Assembly (NCBI GenBank): GCA_963761335.1
Contig: CAVXGR010000012.1
Coordinates: 736,001-800,000, forward strand
Reading direction: 5' to 3'
Length of the DNA stretch: 64,000 nt
Origin: an uncultured delta proteobacterium
GTDB lineage: Bacteria; Desulfobacterota; Binatia; HRBIN30; BPIQ01
Numbering within the stretch: position 1 is the stretch's first letter; every line of letters begins with the position of its first letter. Positions 10,503 to 24,895 of this stretch are shown piece after piece. The notes beneath the pieces were generated by a model, which had not been told where the DNA came from, searched no databases, and worked only from the letters and a program-made list of their open reading frames with translations. The translations under genes and the position numbers were made by a program.

Positions 10503-10802
10503 ATGATCACGGTGGTGGCGAAGTTGAAGTTTCAGGCGGGCAAGGAGAGCGAGGCGGAGAAAGCGCTGCGCGACATGATCGACTACGTCCGCAAGTCGGA
10601 GCCGGGGACGCTCAGCTACGCGCTCAATCGCAGCCGGCGCAACCCGGCCGAGCTGTTGATGGTGGAGCGCTACGCCGACAAGAGCGCCCTCGACACGCAC
10701 AGCGGCAGCGAACGCATGCAGGCGCTCTTCGCCACCATCGGCCCGCTCCTCGATGGCCAGCCGTCGATCGAGATGTACGAGGAGCTCGACGGCAAGCACT
10801 GA
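10503..10802 (+). CDS. Antibiotic biosynthesis monooxygenase (ABM) family protein
   Basis: MITVVAK..EPGTLSY..ERY..ALDTH pattern; AAGGAG RBS. Confidence 0.85.
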   Translation: MITVVAKLKFQAGKESEAEKALRDMIDYVRKSEPGTLSYALNRSRRNPAELLMVERYADKSALDTHSGSERMQALFATIGPLLDGQPSIEMYEELDGKH

Positions 10803-10820
10803 GCGGCAGCGCGGCACGTT

Positions 10821-11498
10821 CTAGCTCGAGGAGCCGGCCGTCCCCGATACGATCCGCCGCGCCCGCGCCTCCAGCTCCTCGGCCTCCGCATCGCGACCGG
10901 TGTCGCGCAGAAGCGCGGCGCAGTTCTGCAGCGTACGTCTCAGATCCGCCGCGGCGCCAGGATCCTTCTCGAGAATGGCGATGGCGCGGCGGTAGAGTGG
11001 CTCGGCGGCGTCCGCCCTGCCCTCCGCCGCATAGAGGAGCGCCAGGTTGTTCAGGCTCTGAGCCGTCAGCACGTGCTCGGCACCCAGCGTCTTCTCGCGG
11101 ATCGCCAGGGCGCGCTCGAGCAACGGCTGCGCCTCCGCATAGCTCCCCTGGGCGCCGTACACGGCGGCCAGGTTGTTCAAGGTGGCGGCGACGTCGGGGT
11201 GCTCGGGACCCTCCTCGCGCTCGCGGATGGCGAGTGCCTGTCGATAGAGATCGGCGGCACCAGTCAGGTCTCCCGCGGCGCGGCGGCGAATACCCTCCCG
11301 GTACAGAGCGTCAGCCCGTTCGAGAGCCCCCCGCCCCTCTTTGGTGGGCGTGCCGGCGGCTTGCGGAGAGACGCCGACGGTATGCGCCTGCTCTCTCCAG
11401 GTGATCGCCGGACGGCCGGTGTCGTCCTCGCCCCACCGCGGCCGCGCCGCACAGCCGCCGAGCAGAAGGGCCGCGGTGACCACGAGCCAGGGGCGCAT
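10821..11498 (-). CDS. TPR-repeat lipoprotein
   Basis: Lipobox LLGGC; repeats HPDVAATLNNLA / SLNNLALLY..AEPLYRRA. Confidence 0.85.
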   Translation of the reverse strand: MRPWLVVTAALLLGGCAARPRWGEDDTGRPAITWREQAHTVGVSPQAAGTPTKEGRGALERADALYREGIRRRAAGDLTGAADLYRQALAIREREEGPEHPDVAATLNNLAAVYGAQGSYAEAQPLLERALAIREKTLGAEHVLTAQSLNNLALLYAAEGRADAAEPLYRRAIAILEKDPGAAADLRRTLQNCAALLRDTGRDAEAEELEARARRIVSGTAGSSS

Positions 11499-11540
11499 CG
11501 CTCCGACTATAGCAGCGGCCGGCGAGCAGGTGAACCGCAG

Positions 11541-11956
11541 CTAGCCCGCATTTCTCACCGGCTTTCTGCTGCGACCGCCGATAGGCCCACATCTCAAGGC
11601 CGTACTCCCTCCGGCCTCCTCGACATAGTGCATCGCCCAGCAGACGATGCAGCCGACCTGCAGCGGCGGCAGCGCCGTGCGGGGGGAGTTCGGATCGATC
11701 CCGGCGGCCGCCGCGGAGGTGAAGCGCCGCCGCCACCACAGCGAGAACCCCCCGATTCCGAGCGCCATCGCCGCAAACGCCGGCGCCAACAGCCCCGCCG
11801 CAGGCATGGCCACTCGGCCGCGGGCGATCACCGGAACCAGCGCCCCATAGAGCACCACGGTGGCGAGGAAGGCCGCCCAGATCAGCCGCATCGCCGGCGG
11901 CAACTCCGGGGACAGCCCGGGCGCGTTGGGCTCGAGGGACGACGCGTCGCGATCCA
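11541..11956 (-). CDS. Membrane protein, possibly 3'-truncated
   Basis: Two hydrophobic helices; a third breaks off at CIVCWAM into a non-hydrophobic tail. Confidence 0.45.
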
Positions 11957-12578
11957 TGCGCCCACCCAGACGCAAGAAGAAGGCCAAGCACGGCGCACCC
12001 CACTGTCGGGGAATCGAGGCGAGCGCCCGGTCAGTCAGCGCGGCAAGGGTTCGATCGGTGCGTTCAGTTTCCGATCGCTGCCCCCGCCTCCGGTTCAGAG
12101 GCGAAGGCGAGCCGCCATCCAGCGAAGAATAATGCGGCAGACACGGCACAGCGCCGACCAAGCCGACGACGGGTAATAGCAGCCTCGTTGGTGCTGGCCG
12201 GCACGACCCCCGGCGAGGAGGCGGAGGTGCGACTTCATGTCCACGCATCTCTCTCCGCGTCGCCCCCGAGCTCAAAACCTGCTCCGCCTCGACGCTCTGC
12301 ACCCATAGCCGCGCCTGCTTCCCATGCGGCAGAACCGCGTCGATCGTCGCTCCCTGGAGCCGGACCAGGCGCGGAGGATCACTGGCGTCGGTGTGGATCT
12401 TCGTCCACGAAATCGGCGCAAGAACCAGCGGCACCGAACTGTCGAAAGCGGGAAAGTCTCCACCCCCAGTAACGGTGAAAGGTCGCGGTGGATCGCTACC
12501 TCGAGGGGGGCCTCGCGTTGCCCGGCAGGCGCGAGGCCGAAGGCGCGCCAGCAAGAATCGGCGGCATCCAGAGAGCAA

Positions 12579-17081
<4,503 letters not shown>

Positions 17082-17083
17082 CT

Positions 17084-17753
17084 CCGTACTGGCTACTTCG
17101 GCGATCCGCCCCTGAATTCCGGGAAAATCGGAGGAATCTCGCTCCTCCACTCACGCCGAGCTGGCGCGACGCGCTCCTCCTGATCAAGCCAGAGACCATT
17201 CTCCGGTGGCATCGACGGGGCTTCGCGCTGCTCTGGCACCGGCGATCAAAGCGGGGCCGTGCTTGTCTGTCACGTATCTCCGGCGACACGATCGCACTGA
17301 TCATGTCCCCCGGGGACGGGGAACACCGTGCCGGTTCAAGTGCTTCAGGATCGGACGCTTGCTGACGCGGATGCCTGATCCGCGACAACGACGCCAAGTT
17401 CGGCAGTGGATTCGACGCGCTGGCGCGCGCTACGGGGATCCAGATCCTGCGAACGCCGGTGCGTACGCCGAACGCCAATGCCATTCGTGAGCGCTTCCTG
17501 CGCAGCGTGCGTGCCGAGTGCCTCGACCACCTGATCATCTTGGGCGAGCGGTCACTCGCCTCGATCCTTCGGCGCTATTGCGGCTACTTCAACAGCGCAC
17601 GACCGCACCAAGGTGTTGGACAGGAAGTGCCCGACGCGCAGAAGCCGTCCCGGGATTCCGGCGCTGTTGTGGTGGCGATCCCAGTTCTCGACGGTCTCCA
17701 CCACGAGTATCGGCGCGCCGCGTAGGTGCGGAGCAGCGAAGTAGCCAGTACGG
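17084..17753 (+). mobile_element. Internally deleted IS (rve/integrase-core transposase remnant) with perfect 17-bp terminal inverted repeats
   Basis: CCGTACTGGCTACTTCG (17084-17100) and CGAAGTAGCCAGTACGG (17737-17753); fragments WRDALLLIKPETILRWHRRG and LIRDNDAKF..RTPNANA..ECLDH..RPHQG..GLHHEYRRAA. Confidence 0.85.
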
Positions 17754-17763
17754 GGAAAAAAGG

Positions 17764-17791
17764 AAAAGCCCCTGATTTCTCAAGGGCTTTT
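17764..17791 (-). terminator. Intrinsic terminator-like hairpin downstream of tRNA-Arg
   Basis: AAAAGCCC-N12-GGGCTTTT with A/T tracts on both sides. Confidence 0.65.
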
Positions 17792-17794
17792 TAG

Positions 17795-17868
17795 TGCGCC
17801 CAGCATGATTCGAACATGCGACCTTCTGATTCGTAGTCAGACGCTCTATCCAACTGAGCTATGGGCGC
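17795..17868 (-). tRNA. tRNA-Arg(ACG)
   Basis: Minus strand GCGCCCATAGCTCAGTTGGATAGAGCGTCTGACTACGAATCAGAAGGTCGCATGTTCGAATCATGCTGGGCGCA; anticodon ACG. Confidence 0.96.
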
Positions 17869-17967
17869 GCAGGTTTTGAGGGCCGCCGTATGTACGTGGC
17901 GACCTCTCGGACTTGCCGAGATAACGGACTCGGTGCCCCGAGTCAACTGGCTGCGCGACGGAGACAA

Positions 17968-18057
17968 CGGAGAGGGAGGGATTCGAACCCTCGGTGGAGT
18001 TTTAAGCCCCACACACGCTTAGCAGGCGTGCGCCTTCGACCACTCGGCCACCTCTCC
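17968..18057 (-). tRNA. tRNA-Ser(GCT)
   Basis: Minus strand GGAGAGGTGGCCGAGTGGTCGAAGGCGCACGCCTGCTAAGCGTGT with long variable arm and GGTTCGAATCCCTCCCTCTCCG. Confidence 0.96.
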
Positions 18058-18132
18058 AAGCCCGAAAAGTCCAGCCGTTTCCTTACGCGGTCGGGGCGAG
18101 ACTTGCAACCGACGCGGCGGGCGGCGCGCCGC

Positions 18133-21123
18133 TCAGAAGTCGTTGCGATCGACGACGTCGATGACGAGCCGGGTGACATCGTTCGACGGGTCGATGTCGC
18201 CCCCGGGGCCGGCGGCCGTCAGCGTGGCGGTGCAGCGCCCCGGCGATTTGCGCCTCGCGGTGGTGAAGTCGGCGGCATTCACGGTGATCTTCAGCTTGCC
18301 AGTGCGGCGTGACGCCGTCGGCACGCCGACGCTGTTCTGCGACCCGGCCGTCTTCGAATCGAAGTCCACCGTGCCCACGGTGCCCGCCGGGCAGTCTCCG
18401 TCCGAGGCAGTGACCGTGATCGCATGGCCGGCGGCATCGAACAGGTCGCCGTTGGTCACCTTGATCGGAACCGTCTTGGTCACCGATGCCCGGTTGCGGC
18501 CGATGGTGATCCGCTTCGGCTTGGCGCTCTCGATCACCGACTGATAGACGGCCGTCTGCGGGCTGTCGTTTCGGTCGATGACGTTCACCTCCAGCTCCAG
18601 CGCGTCGTTCTGCGGGCGGGGGTCGACGTTCGGCTGCACGGCGGCAACCGTCTGCACCGCCAGGCGACAGCGGACCGGCGACCGGCGCGAGGTGCTGTCG
18701 AAGCGGTAATGCGGGAACATCAGCTTCACCACGGCCCGCTTCGACCGCCCGGCGTCGATGTCCACCGTGTCCTGGTCGCCGGGCACGCGGTTGTCGAAGT
18801 CGGGGAGGCCGGCGACGGTCCCGGACGGACAGGTGCCGTCGGTGACCATCAGCCGCACGCCGAAGCTGCCGCTGGCGTTGCCGTTGGTGACCTTGACCTT
18901 CAGAGTCTTGAACACCGAGATGGTGCCCGCCGGGATGTTGATGTTGAGCGGCCGCGGCGGCACCACCACCGCATCGTTCGCCGTCGACGGCCCACCGGTG
19001 GGCGTCGAGGTGAGCACCGAGGTCGCCGTCGCCGTCTGCGTCGGGGTCGAGGTCTGGGTCGGGGTCGGGGTATTCGTCGGCGTCGGGGTGTCGGTCGGAG
19101 TCGGCGTCTGCGTCGGCGTCGAGGTGGGCGTGCGCGTGGGTGTCTGCGTGGGCGTCTGCGTCGGGGTCGACGTCTGCGTCCACGTCGGCGTCACCGTGAA
19201 GGTCGGCGTCTCGGTGGGGGTTCCGAACGGTGAGAGGGTGGCCGTAGGGCTCTCGGTGACGGTACCCGAAGCGGAAGGACTCGGTGTCGGGGTTGCCGTC
19301 GATGCCCCCCCGGTCGGCGTCGGCGACGGAGCCGGAGTGCAGGCGTAGGAAACCCGGACGTTGTTACAGCCGAGCACGACATCGCAGGAATCGACCGTGC
19401 ACGAGTTCCCGTCGTTGCAGTTCTCCAGCTGGCAGAACGCCGAGCAGCCATCGCAGCTCTGCGCCACGCCCACGTTGTTGTCGCAGGCCTCCGGATACTG
19501 CACGACGCCGTCGCCACAGGTCGGACAGGATTCGATACAGCCGCTCTGCCCGGGTCCGGTGCAACGGGTCATCGAGTTGTCGTCGGCCGCCGGCAACAGA
19601 GTGCCGACGACGGCCGGCTTGTCGACCGGGTGATAGAGCGAGTTCGTACCGTCGGTTCCGGTGGTGCCCGTCTGGCGGGCGTCGCTGGAGCCACTGTTGG
19701 TCAACTGCTCGCGCGCCGTCAGTGAGACGCTGCCGCCATCGGGACCACGGGCATTGATGCTGCCGCTGGCGTTGATCGTCAGCCCGCAGCCGGTCAGGTC
19801 GACGTTGCCGCCGGCGCCACAGCCGAGATAGTCGCTGCAGGCGCCGCCGCTGACGTCCATGAGGGCGCCGAGCACCAGGTTGCCCTGCCCGAGAGCTCCG
19901 GCTTCCATCGAGATGTCGCCGGCGAAACCTCCGTAGTTGCGGGCCCGGGCCGAGACCAGCTGGGTCATGCTGATGTCGCGCTGCGCGCAGACGTCGATGC
20001 CGCCACCGCCGCTACCGCCGCTGACGTCCACGATCCCCGACATGGTCACGCCCTGGTCGGCATCCAGGCTGATGCAGCCACCGCAGCCACAGTCGCCGTT
20101 GGAGCGCGCCGAGACCTTGGCGAGCACCTTGATGTTGCCGTTGGCGGTGAGAATCACCTCGCCGCCGCCGCCGTCGGGAGCGGCGCCCTCGACGAGGATG
20201 TTGTCGGAGAGGGTGAGGTCGCCGAAGCCCGACTCGAGGTCGGCCAGGCCGCCACAACCGCCGCCGGACTCCGACAGCGATCCCGAGCCGCTCATCTGCA
20301 CCGGGGAGAGAATGTCGACCGTGGTGCCGCCGTAGATACTGAGGGAGCCGCCGCTGCCGGCGTCTCCCGGACCGTTGGCGTTGAGGCCGTCAAGCTGCAC
20401 CGCACCGCCGGCGTTGATGTCGAGGTTGCCGCCACTGGCGCCGGAGACGTCGATGTTGCTGGCGAGGATGACGTCGCCGTTGGCATCGAACTCGATGTCC
20501 CCGCCGCCGTTGGAGCCGAGATCGACGCCACCGGTGGCGCTGATGACGGAGATCGAGAGGCTGGTGATATAGGTGCCGGCGGTGACCTGGATGGTGCCCC
20601 CCGAGCCGGTGGACGTCAGCTGGTCTGCGAAGAGCTTGCCGCCGAGCACCGCGGAGCCGGCGGCGTTGATCACGATGGTGCCACCTTCGCTCTTGCCGGA
20701 GACGTCGATCTTGCCGGCCGTCGTCGAGCTGCTGTTGTTCACCAGCACCGAGCCGCTGGCCTCGATGTCGATGAGGCCGCCGTGGTCATCCGGAGGGGTA
20801 GTGCCGCTTCCGAGCCCTTCGATGGTGCCGCCGTTGGTGAGCGTGATGTCGTGCCCCTTGAGCACCACCTGGCCGGAGTCGATTCGCAGCTTGCCGCCCG
20901 AGTGAATGGTGACGTCGCGCGTGCCGAAGTCGAGAACACAGCCGGAAGGCACGTCGAAGGTCTTCTTGATGGTGCAGAGCCCGGTGCTCGGGCAGTTCGA
21001 GTCCCCGGCGACGATGTCGGCGGCAGTGCAGGCCGTCAGCGCCAGCGCCGGACGCGCGCCGGCGACGGCGACGAGCCCCAGCGCCGCCAGCAGCAGTATC
21101 GACGGCCGGCTCACGGCGCGCAT
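18133..21123 (-). CDS. Large secreted protein: Gly-rich beta-helix-like region, Cys-rich CGDG repeat, Thr/Pro linker, tandem C-terminal domain
   Basis: Signal peptide; repeated GG.I.I.A motifs; [13 protein letters not shown]; (TPT)n linker. Confidence 0.85.
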   Translation of the reverse strand: MRAVSRPSILLLAALGLVAVAGARPALALTACTAADIVAGDSNCPSTGLCTIKKTFDVPSGCVLDFGTRDVTIHSGGKLRIDSGQVVLKGHDITLTNGGTIEGLGSGTTPPDDHGGLIDIEASGSVLVNNSSSTTAGKIDVSGKSEGGTIVINAAGSAVLGGKLFADQLTSTGSGGTIQVTAGTYITSLSISVISATGGVDLGSNGGGDIEFDANGDVILASNIDVSGASGGNLDINAGGAVQLDGLNANGPGDAGSGGSLSIYGGTTVDILSPVQMSGSGSLSESGGGCGGLADLESGFGDLTLSDNILVEGAAPDGGGGEVILTANGNIKVLAKVSARSNGDCGCGGCISLDADQGVTMSGIVDVSGGSGGGGIDVCAQRDISMTQLVSARARNYGGFAGDISMEAGALGQGNLVLGALMDVSGGACSDYLGCGAGGNVDLTGCGLTINASGSINARGPDGGSVSLTAREQLTNSGSSDARQTGTTGTDGTNSLYHPVDKPAVVGTLLPAADDNSMTRCTGPGQSGCIESCPTCGDGVVQYPEACDNNVGVAQSCDGCSAFCQLENCNDGNSCTVDSCDVVLGCNNVRVSYACTPAPSPTPTGGASTATPTPSPSASGTVTESPTATLSPFGTPTETPTFTVTPTWTQTSTPTQTPTQTPTRTPTSTPTQTPTPTDTPTPTNTPTPTQTSTPTQTATATSVLTSTPTGGPSTANDAVVVPPRPLNINIPAGTISVFKTLKVKVTNGNASGSFGVRLMVTDGTCPSGTVAGLPDFDNRVPGDQDTVDIDAGRSKRAVVKLMFPHYRFDSTSRRSPVRCRLAVQTVAAVQPNVDPRPQNDALELEVNVIDRNDSPQTAVYQSVIESAKPKRITIGRNRASVTKTVPIKVTNGDLFDAAGHAITVTASDGDCPAGTVGTVDFDSKTAGSQNSVGVPTASRRTGKLKITVNAADFTTARRKSPGRCTATLTAAGPGGDIDPSNDVTRLVIDVVDRNDF

Positions 21124-22115
21124 GGCACACCCCCGATCTCACACTGCACTGTCTGCCGCTGCTGCCCCGTGCCTTGGTTGCCCGTACCCTGGTTGCCGCC
21201 CCCGTCCTCCATCCCCGCGCCCCACACCAGTATCCCGTTCCGCCCGTTGTCCTCCGCCCGGTTGCCCTGCAGCCGCAGATCCCCCCCCATCCCCCAGATC
21301 CCGTCGGTGCCGTTCTCCACCGCCGTGCATCCCTCCACGTCCATGTTCATCGCGTTCAGCTGCACCCCCGCCTTGCCGCTCCCCATCGCCTGGCAGTCCA
21401 GCAGCCGATGCCCCGAGCCCATGATGTGAAACCCCGAATCCTTGCTCCCCACCGCCTCCGCGCCGGCGTTCGTCTCCCCCAGCTGCCCGTCCTGCCCGAG
21501 CACGAAGTACCCGTACCTGCCGCTCCCCACCGCCCGTGTCGTGCTCAGCCAGAACCCCTTCCCCCGCAGCCAGAAACCGTCCTGTCCCGAGTCCCACACC
21601 TCCGTTTCGCGGATCTCGTAGTCCGAAGAGAACACCCGGATGCCGTCCCGCCCGCTGTGCGTCACCACCAGATCGGCGATCACCGACACCGCGTTCGCCC
21701 CGTGCGCCGACACCCCGTCGTGAAAGCCGTCGATCAGCGCCGGACCGTTGCTGCTCAAAAGCCGCGCCCCGCTCGGCCCTCCGTAGATCAGCCACACCCC
21801 CGAGCCCCGCCCGCTGCCGTGCAGCGCGTGCCCGTGCAGATCCACCGTCACGACCTTCGCCCCGCTCCCGGCGCGCACGATCAGCCCGTTGCCCGGGCAC
21901 ACCGTCGTGGTCACCGGGTCGTCCCCCAACACCACGTCGCTCGCCACCACGTCGCCGCACGCACACGGCACGTCGCGCCCCTCCACGTCGTCGCCGCACA
22001 GCTTTGCCCAACTGCGCGCCGGGGCGAGAAGCACGCACACCGAGAGCAAGGCGAGTGGCAAGCAGCGGTTCCGGAGGGACCGGAGCAGGAGGCGCGGGAG
22101 CGCTCTGAAGTTCAA
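21111..22115 (-). CDS. Secreted right-handed parallel beta-helix protein
   Basis: Signal peptide, CACGD motif, about 22-aa repeats of the type SG.DG(I/F).(V/L).G; start codon uncertain. Confidence 0.75.
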   Translation of the reverse strand: MNFRALPRLLLRSLRNRCLPLALLSVCVLLAPARSWAKLCGDDVEGRDVPCACGDVVASDVVLGDDPVTTTVCPGNGLIVRAGSGAKVVTVDLHGHALHGSGRGSGVWLIYGGPSGARLLSSNGPALIDGFHDGVSAHGANAVSVIADLVVTHSGRDGIRVFSSDYEIRETEVWDSGQDGFWLRGKGFWLSTTRAVGSGRYGYFVLGQDGQLGETNAGAEAVGSKDSGFHIMGSGHRLLDCQAMGSGKAGVQLNAMNMDVEGCTAVENGTDGIWGMGGDLRLQGNRAEDNGRNGILVWGAGMEDGGGNQGTGNQGTGQQRQTVQCEIGGVPCAP

Positions 22116-22192
22116 ACTGGTCTGCCTTTGGCCAAAGAGGCTACCACAGGACCAGCCCCTGTGGTCAAGCGAAGATTCGCCCAGGCCACCGA

Positions 22193-22314
22193 GAGGCTGT
22201 CTGAAAATCCTTGCAGGACGACTTTCGCCGGCTCGCGGGCCCAGTAGAAGCGGCGTCTCGCCGCTCCGGAAAGCGCCGGGGACGGCGCTTCTACACTAGT
22301 TTTGAAACAGCCTC
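22193..22314. repeat. Short inverted-repeat-bounded element containing a GTAG...CTAC REP-like hairpin
   Basis: GAGGCTGTCTGAAAA / TTTTGAAACAGCCTC (13/15 inverted match); inner GTAGAAGCG...CGCTTCTAC at 22244-22294. Confidence 0.7.
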
Positions 22315-22354
22315 CCGAAGGCGGGCCGCCGGCCGCGTCTGCCGCCTCAGGGAG

Positions 22355-22617
22355 TAGTGTCCTAAGTTCCCCGATGCCGGATATTGACACGCAGGATTGT
22401 GGTCAGTCTGGTCGCTGCGGGCGCGGGCTCCCTCTCCCGCATTGCCTGCGGAAGAGGGCCGGGGCGAGGGTACCGATCTCTTTGAAGGCCGCGAAGATCC
22501 GCGAGCCTTCAGTGAGAAAGGGACCCCTCTCCTCATTCCTCTCCCCGCGGAAATGCGGGGAGAGGGAACTCGGCGCAGCGGGCGCGGAAATAATCGCAAG
22601 CGTCACTTAGGACACCA
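22355..22617. mobile_element. MITE-like element, copy 2
   Basis: Ends TAGTGTCCTAAGT / ACTTAGGACACCA (12/13 inverted); internal CCCTCTCCC..GGGAGAGGG hairpins; similar to 39506-39722. Confidence 0.8.
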
Positions 22618-22690
22618 CCCCTCAGGGCGCGCCGCTTTCCCTCATTCGCCCTTTGTGACAAGGAAAGCCATTGCCGATGAGGACGAGGCG

Positions 22691-24487
22691 ATGACACGGT
22701 TGGCACCGGCGAGTACGCCGATCGCGCCGCCGGTGGTGGACGGCAAGGCACAAACGCCGCCCTCGTCGCGCGGCGTCGTGATCACCGGCGTCGTCCTGGC
22801 GCTGGCCTCGGTGGGGCTGCTGTGCACCGCTCGCTTCGCCGGTTGGTGGAGAGTCGAGGTGGGCGCCTGGGCCGTCTGCCTCGGCAGCATTCTGACGGCG
22901 GCGTACGCCGCCGACGGCCGGCGGCCGCTGCGTCTGCCGCGACTGCGCGCCGCCGAGCTGGCGGCCCTGGCGTTGCTCGTCGCCCTCACGGCCGGCGCGC
23001 GCCTGTACGCCCTCGGCCAGATACCCGCTGAGATTCACGGCGACTCGGCGGAGTGCGGCACTCGCGGCCTGGAGATTCTCGAGGGGCATTTCCCGAACCT
23101 CTTCGCCTTCTCCGAGTGGTATCGCACTCCGTACGTCTCCTTTCTTCCGTACGCCGCGAGCTTCGCACTCGAGGGCGTGTCGGTGCGCTCGCTGCGGCTC
23201 CCCTGCGCCCTGATCGGCATCGTCGTGGTTCTGCCCCTCTACTTCCTGACGCGCCGCTGGTACGGCGTCTCCGCGGCTCTTTTCACCGCCTTCTTCTACG
23301 CCCTCTCCCACCCGGCGGTTCACTTCAGTCGCATCGGCCTGTGGAACGTGCAGATCACTTTCTATGCGGTCACCGCCTTCTGGCTGATGACGGCGGCCAT
23401 GGACCGCGGCAGCATCCTCCTGGGCGGTGTGGCGGGCCTGGTGACCGGGCTCGCCATGTACTCGTACACGGCCGGGCGCATCATCCCGGTGGTGCTGCTG
23501 GTGGTCTGCCTGTGGCAGCTGCTGGTGCGACCGGCGAGCCTCCGCTCGGTGCTGCGCGCCGGCTTCGCCTACGCGCTCGTCGCCCTGCTGGCGATCGTGC
23601 CGCTGATTCTCGACTACGTCCAGGAGCCGCTGGCCTTCGCCGAGGACCGCACCGCCGGGGTCGCGATCTTCGCCGAAGACGTCATGCCGCACCTGAAGGA
23701 GGCGTACGGAACCGACTCTCACTGGGGCGTGCTGCGCGGCCAGGCGCTGCTCACGGTCGAGGGGCTCTTCTGGCTCGGCGATGCCAGCGGCCAGTACGCG
23801 ACCGAGAAACCCATCTTCCGCTGGATCACCTTCGCCTTCCTTCTGGTCGGCTGCGCCGTGGCGGCGCGCCGTTTCTGGCAGCCGCGCAATTTCTTCGTCC
23901 TCGTCTGGCTCGTGCTCAGCCTTCTCCTCGGCAGCGTTCTCGTGCTCGATCCGCCGTCGCTGACCCGCTGGGTGGCGACCTTTCCGGTGCTGTATATCCT
24001 CGTCGCGCTCGGCCTCGTCAGCAGCATGAATCTGCTGCGCCGCCGCTTTCCGCAGACGCCGCTGGCGCCGCTGCTCGGCGGCCTGGTGGCGGCGCAGTTC
24101 GCCCTCTTCAACATCACCGGGTACTGGCACTTCGCGGAGCGCATGGCGGTGCAGCCCGGACGCGAGTGGGACGTCGTCAAGGTCCTCGAGCGGCGCGGCG
24201 GCGACCGCGACTACTACCTGTTCACCGGTCCGCACATGCTGCCGGAGAGCCCGGTGATGAACCTCTTCTTCCGCAAGGTTCGCGCCATCACCGCCATCTC
24301 CGAGGTCGACATCCCGCCGCGACTGGCGCGCGACACCACCTTCATCCTCACCCCGAGCTATCGCCGCGCCGCGCACTGGCTGGAGGAGCATTTCCCCGGG
24401 ATCGAACGCGACGTCGTTCTCAACGACGGGCTACCGCAGGTGATCGTCTACGAGTGCTCGGACAGCAACGGTTGTCGCAAGGGCTGA
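22691..24487 (+). CDS. GT-C fold membrane glycosyltransferase (GT39/PMT- or ArnT-like)
   Basis: RLYALGQIP..HGD, SLRLP, HFSRIG, YSYTAGRI motifs; many TM helices. Confidence 0.8.
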   Translation: MTRLAPASTPIAPPVVDGKAQTPPSSRGVVITGVVLALASVGLLCTARFAGWWRVEVGAWAVCLGSILTAAYAADGRRPLRLPRLRAAELAALALLVALTAGARLYALGQIPAEIHGDSAECGTRGLEILEGHFPNLFAFSEWYRTPYVSFLPYAASFALEGVSVRSLRLPCALIGIVVVLPLYFLTRRWYGVSAALFTAFFYALSHPAVHFSRIGLWNVQITFYAVTAFWLMTAAMDRGSILLGGVAGLVTGLAMYSYTAGRIIPVVLLVVCLWQLLVRPASLRSVLRAGFAYALVALLAIVPLILDYVQEPLAFAEDRTAGVAIFAEDVMPHLKEAYGTDSHWGVLRGQALLTVEGLFWLGDASGQYATEKPIFRWITFAFLLVGCAVAARRFWQPRNFFVLVWLVLSLLLGSVLVLDPPSLTRWVATFPVLYILVALGLVSSMNLLRRRFPQTPLAPLLGGLVAAQFALFNITGYWHFAERMAVQPGREWDVVKVLERRGGDRDYYLFTGPHMLPESPVMNLFFRKVRAITAISEVDIPPRLARDTTFILTPSYRRAAHWLEEHFPGIERDVVLNDGLPQVIVYECSDSNGCRKG

Positions 24488-24518
24488 GAGCACCGCGGCA
24501 ACGGAGCGGAGGACTACC

Positions 24519-24893
24519 ATGGCAGAAGAGAAGGATCTGATGAGGCGCGGCATGGAGGTAACGGAGAAGCTCTGGGGCAGACGCGCCGCTGCCCGGGAGC
24601 TGCCGGCGCAGAAGCTGGCGCCGGAGTTCTTCGGCCTCGTCACCCAGCTCGTCTTCGGAGGCTTCTGGTCGCGACCACAGCTGGACATGCGCAGCCGCAG
24701 CCTGTGCACGGTGGCTCAGCTCGCCGCTCTCGGCAGGACCGACGAGCTGAAGGCGCATCTCGCCGGGGCTCTGCAGCTGGGCATCCGGCGCGACGAGCTG
24801 ATCGAGGTGCTGATGCAGACCGCCTGTTACGCCGGTGTTCCCGCGGCGGTCCAGGCGCTGAACGCCGCGGCGGACGTCCTGCCGCCCGCCTAG
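24519..24893 (+). CDS. Carboxymuconolactone decarboxylase family protein
   Basis: FGGFWSRPQLD.RSRSL, ELKAHL.GAL, YAGVPAA motifs. Confidence 0.88.
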   Translation: MAEEKDLMRRGMEVTEKLWGRRAAARELPAQKLAPEFFGLVTQLVFGGFWSRPQLDMRSRSLCTVAQLAALGRTDELKAHLAGALQLGIRRDELIEVLMQTACYAGVPAAVQALNAAADVLPPA

Positions 24894-24895
24894 CC

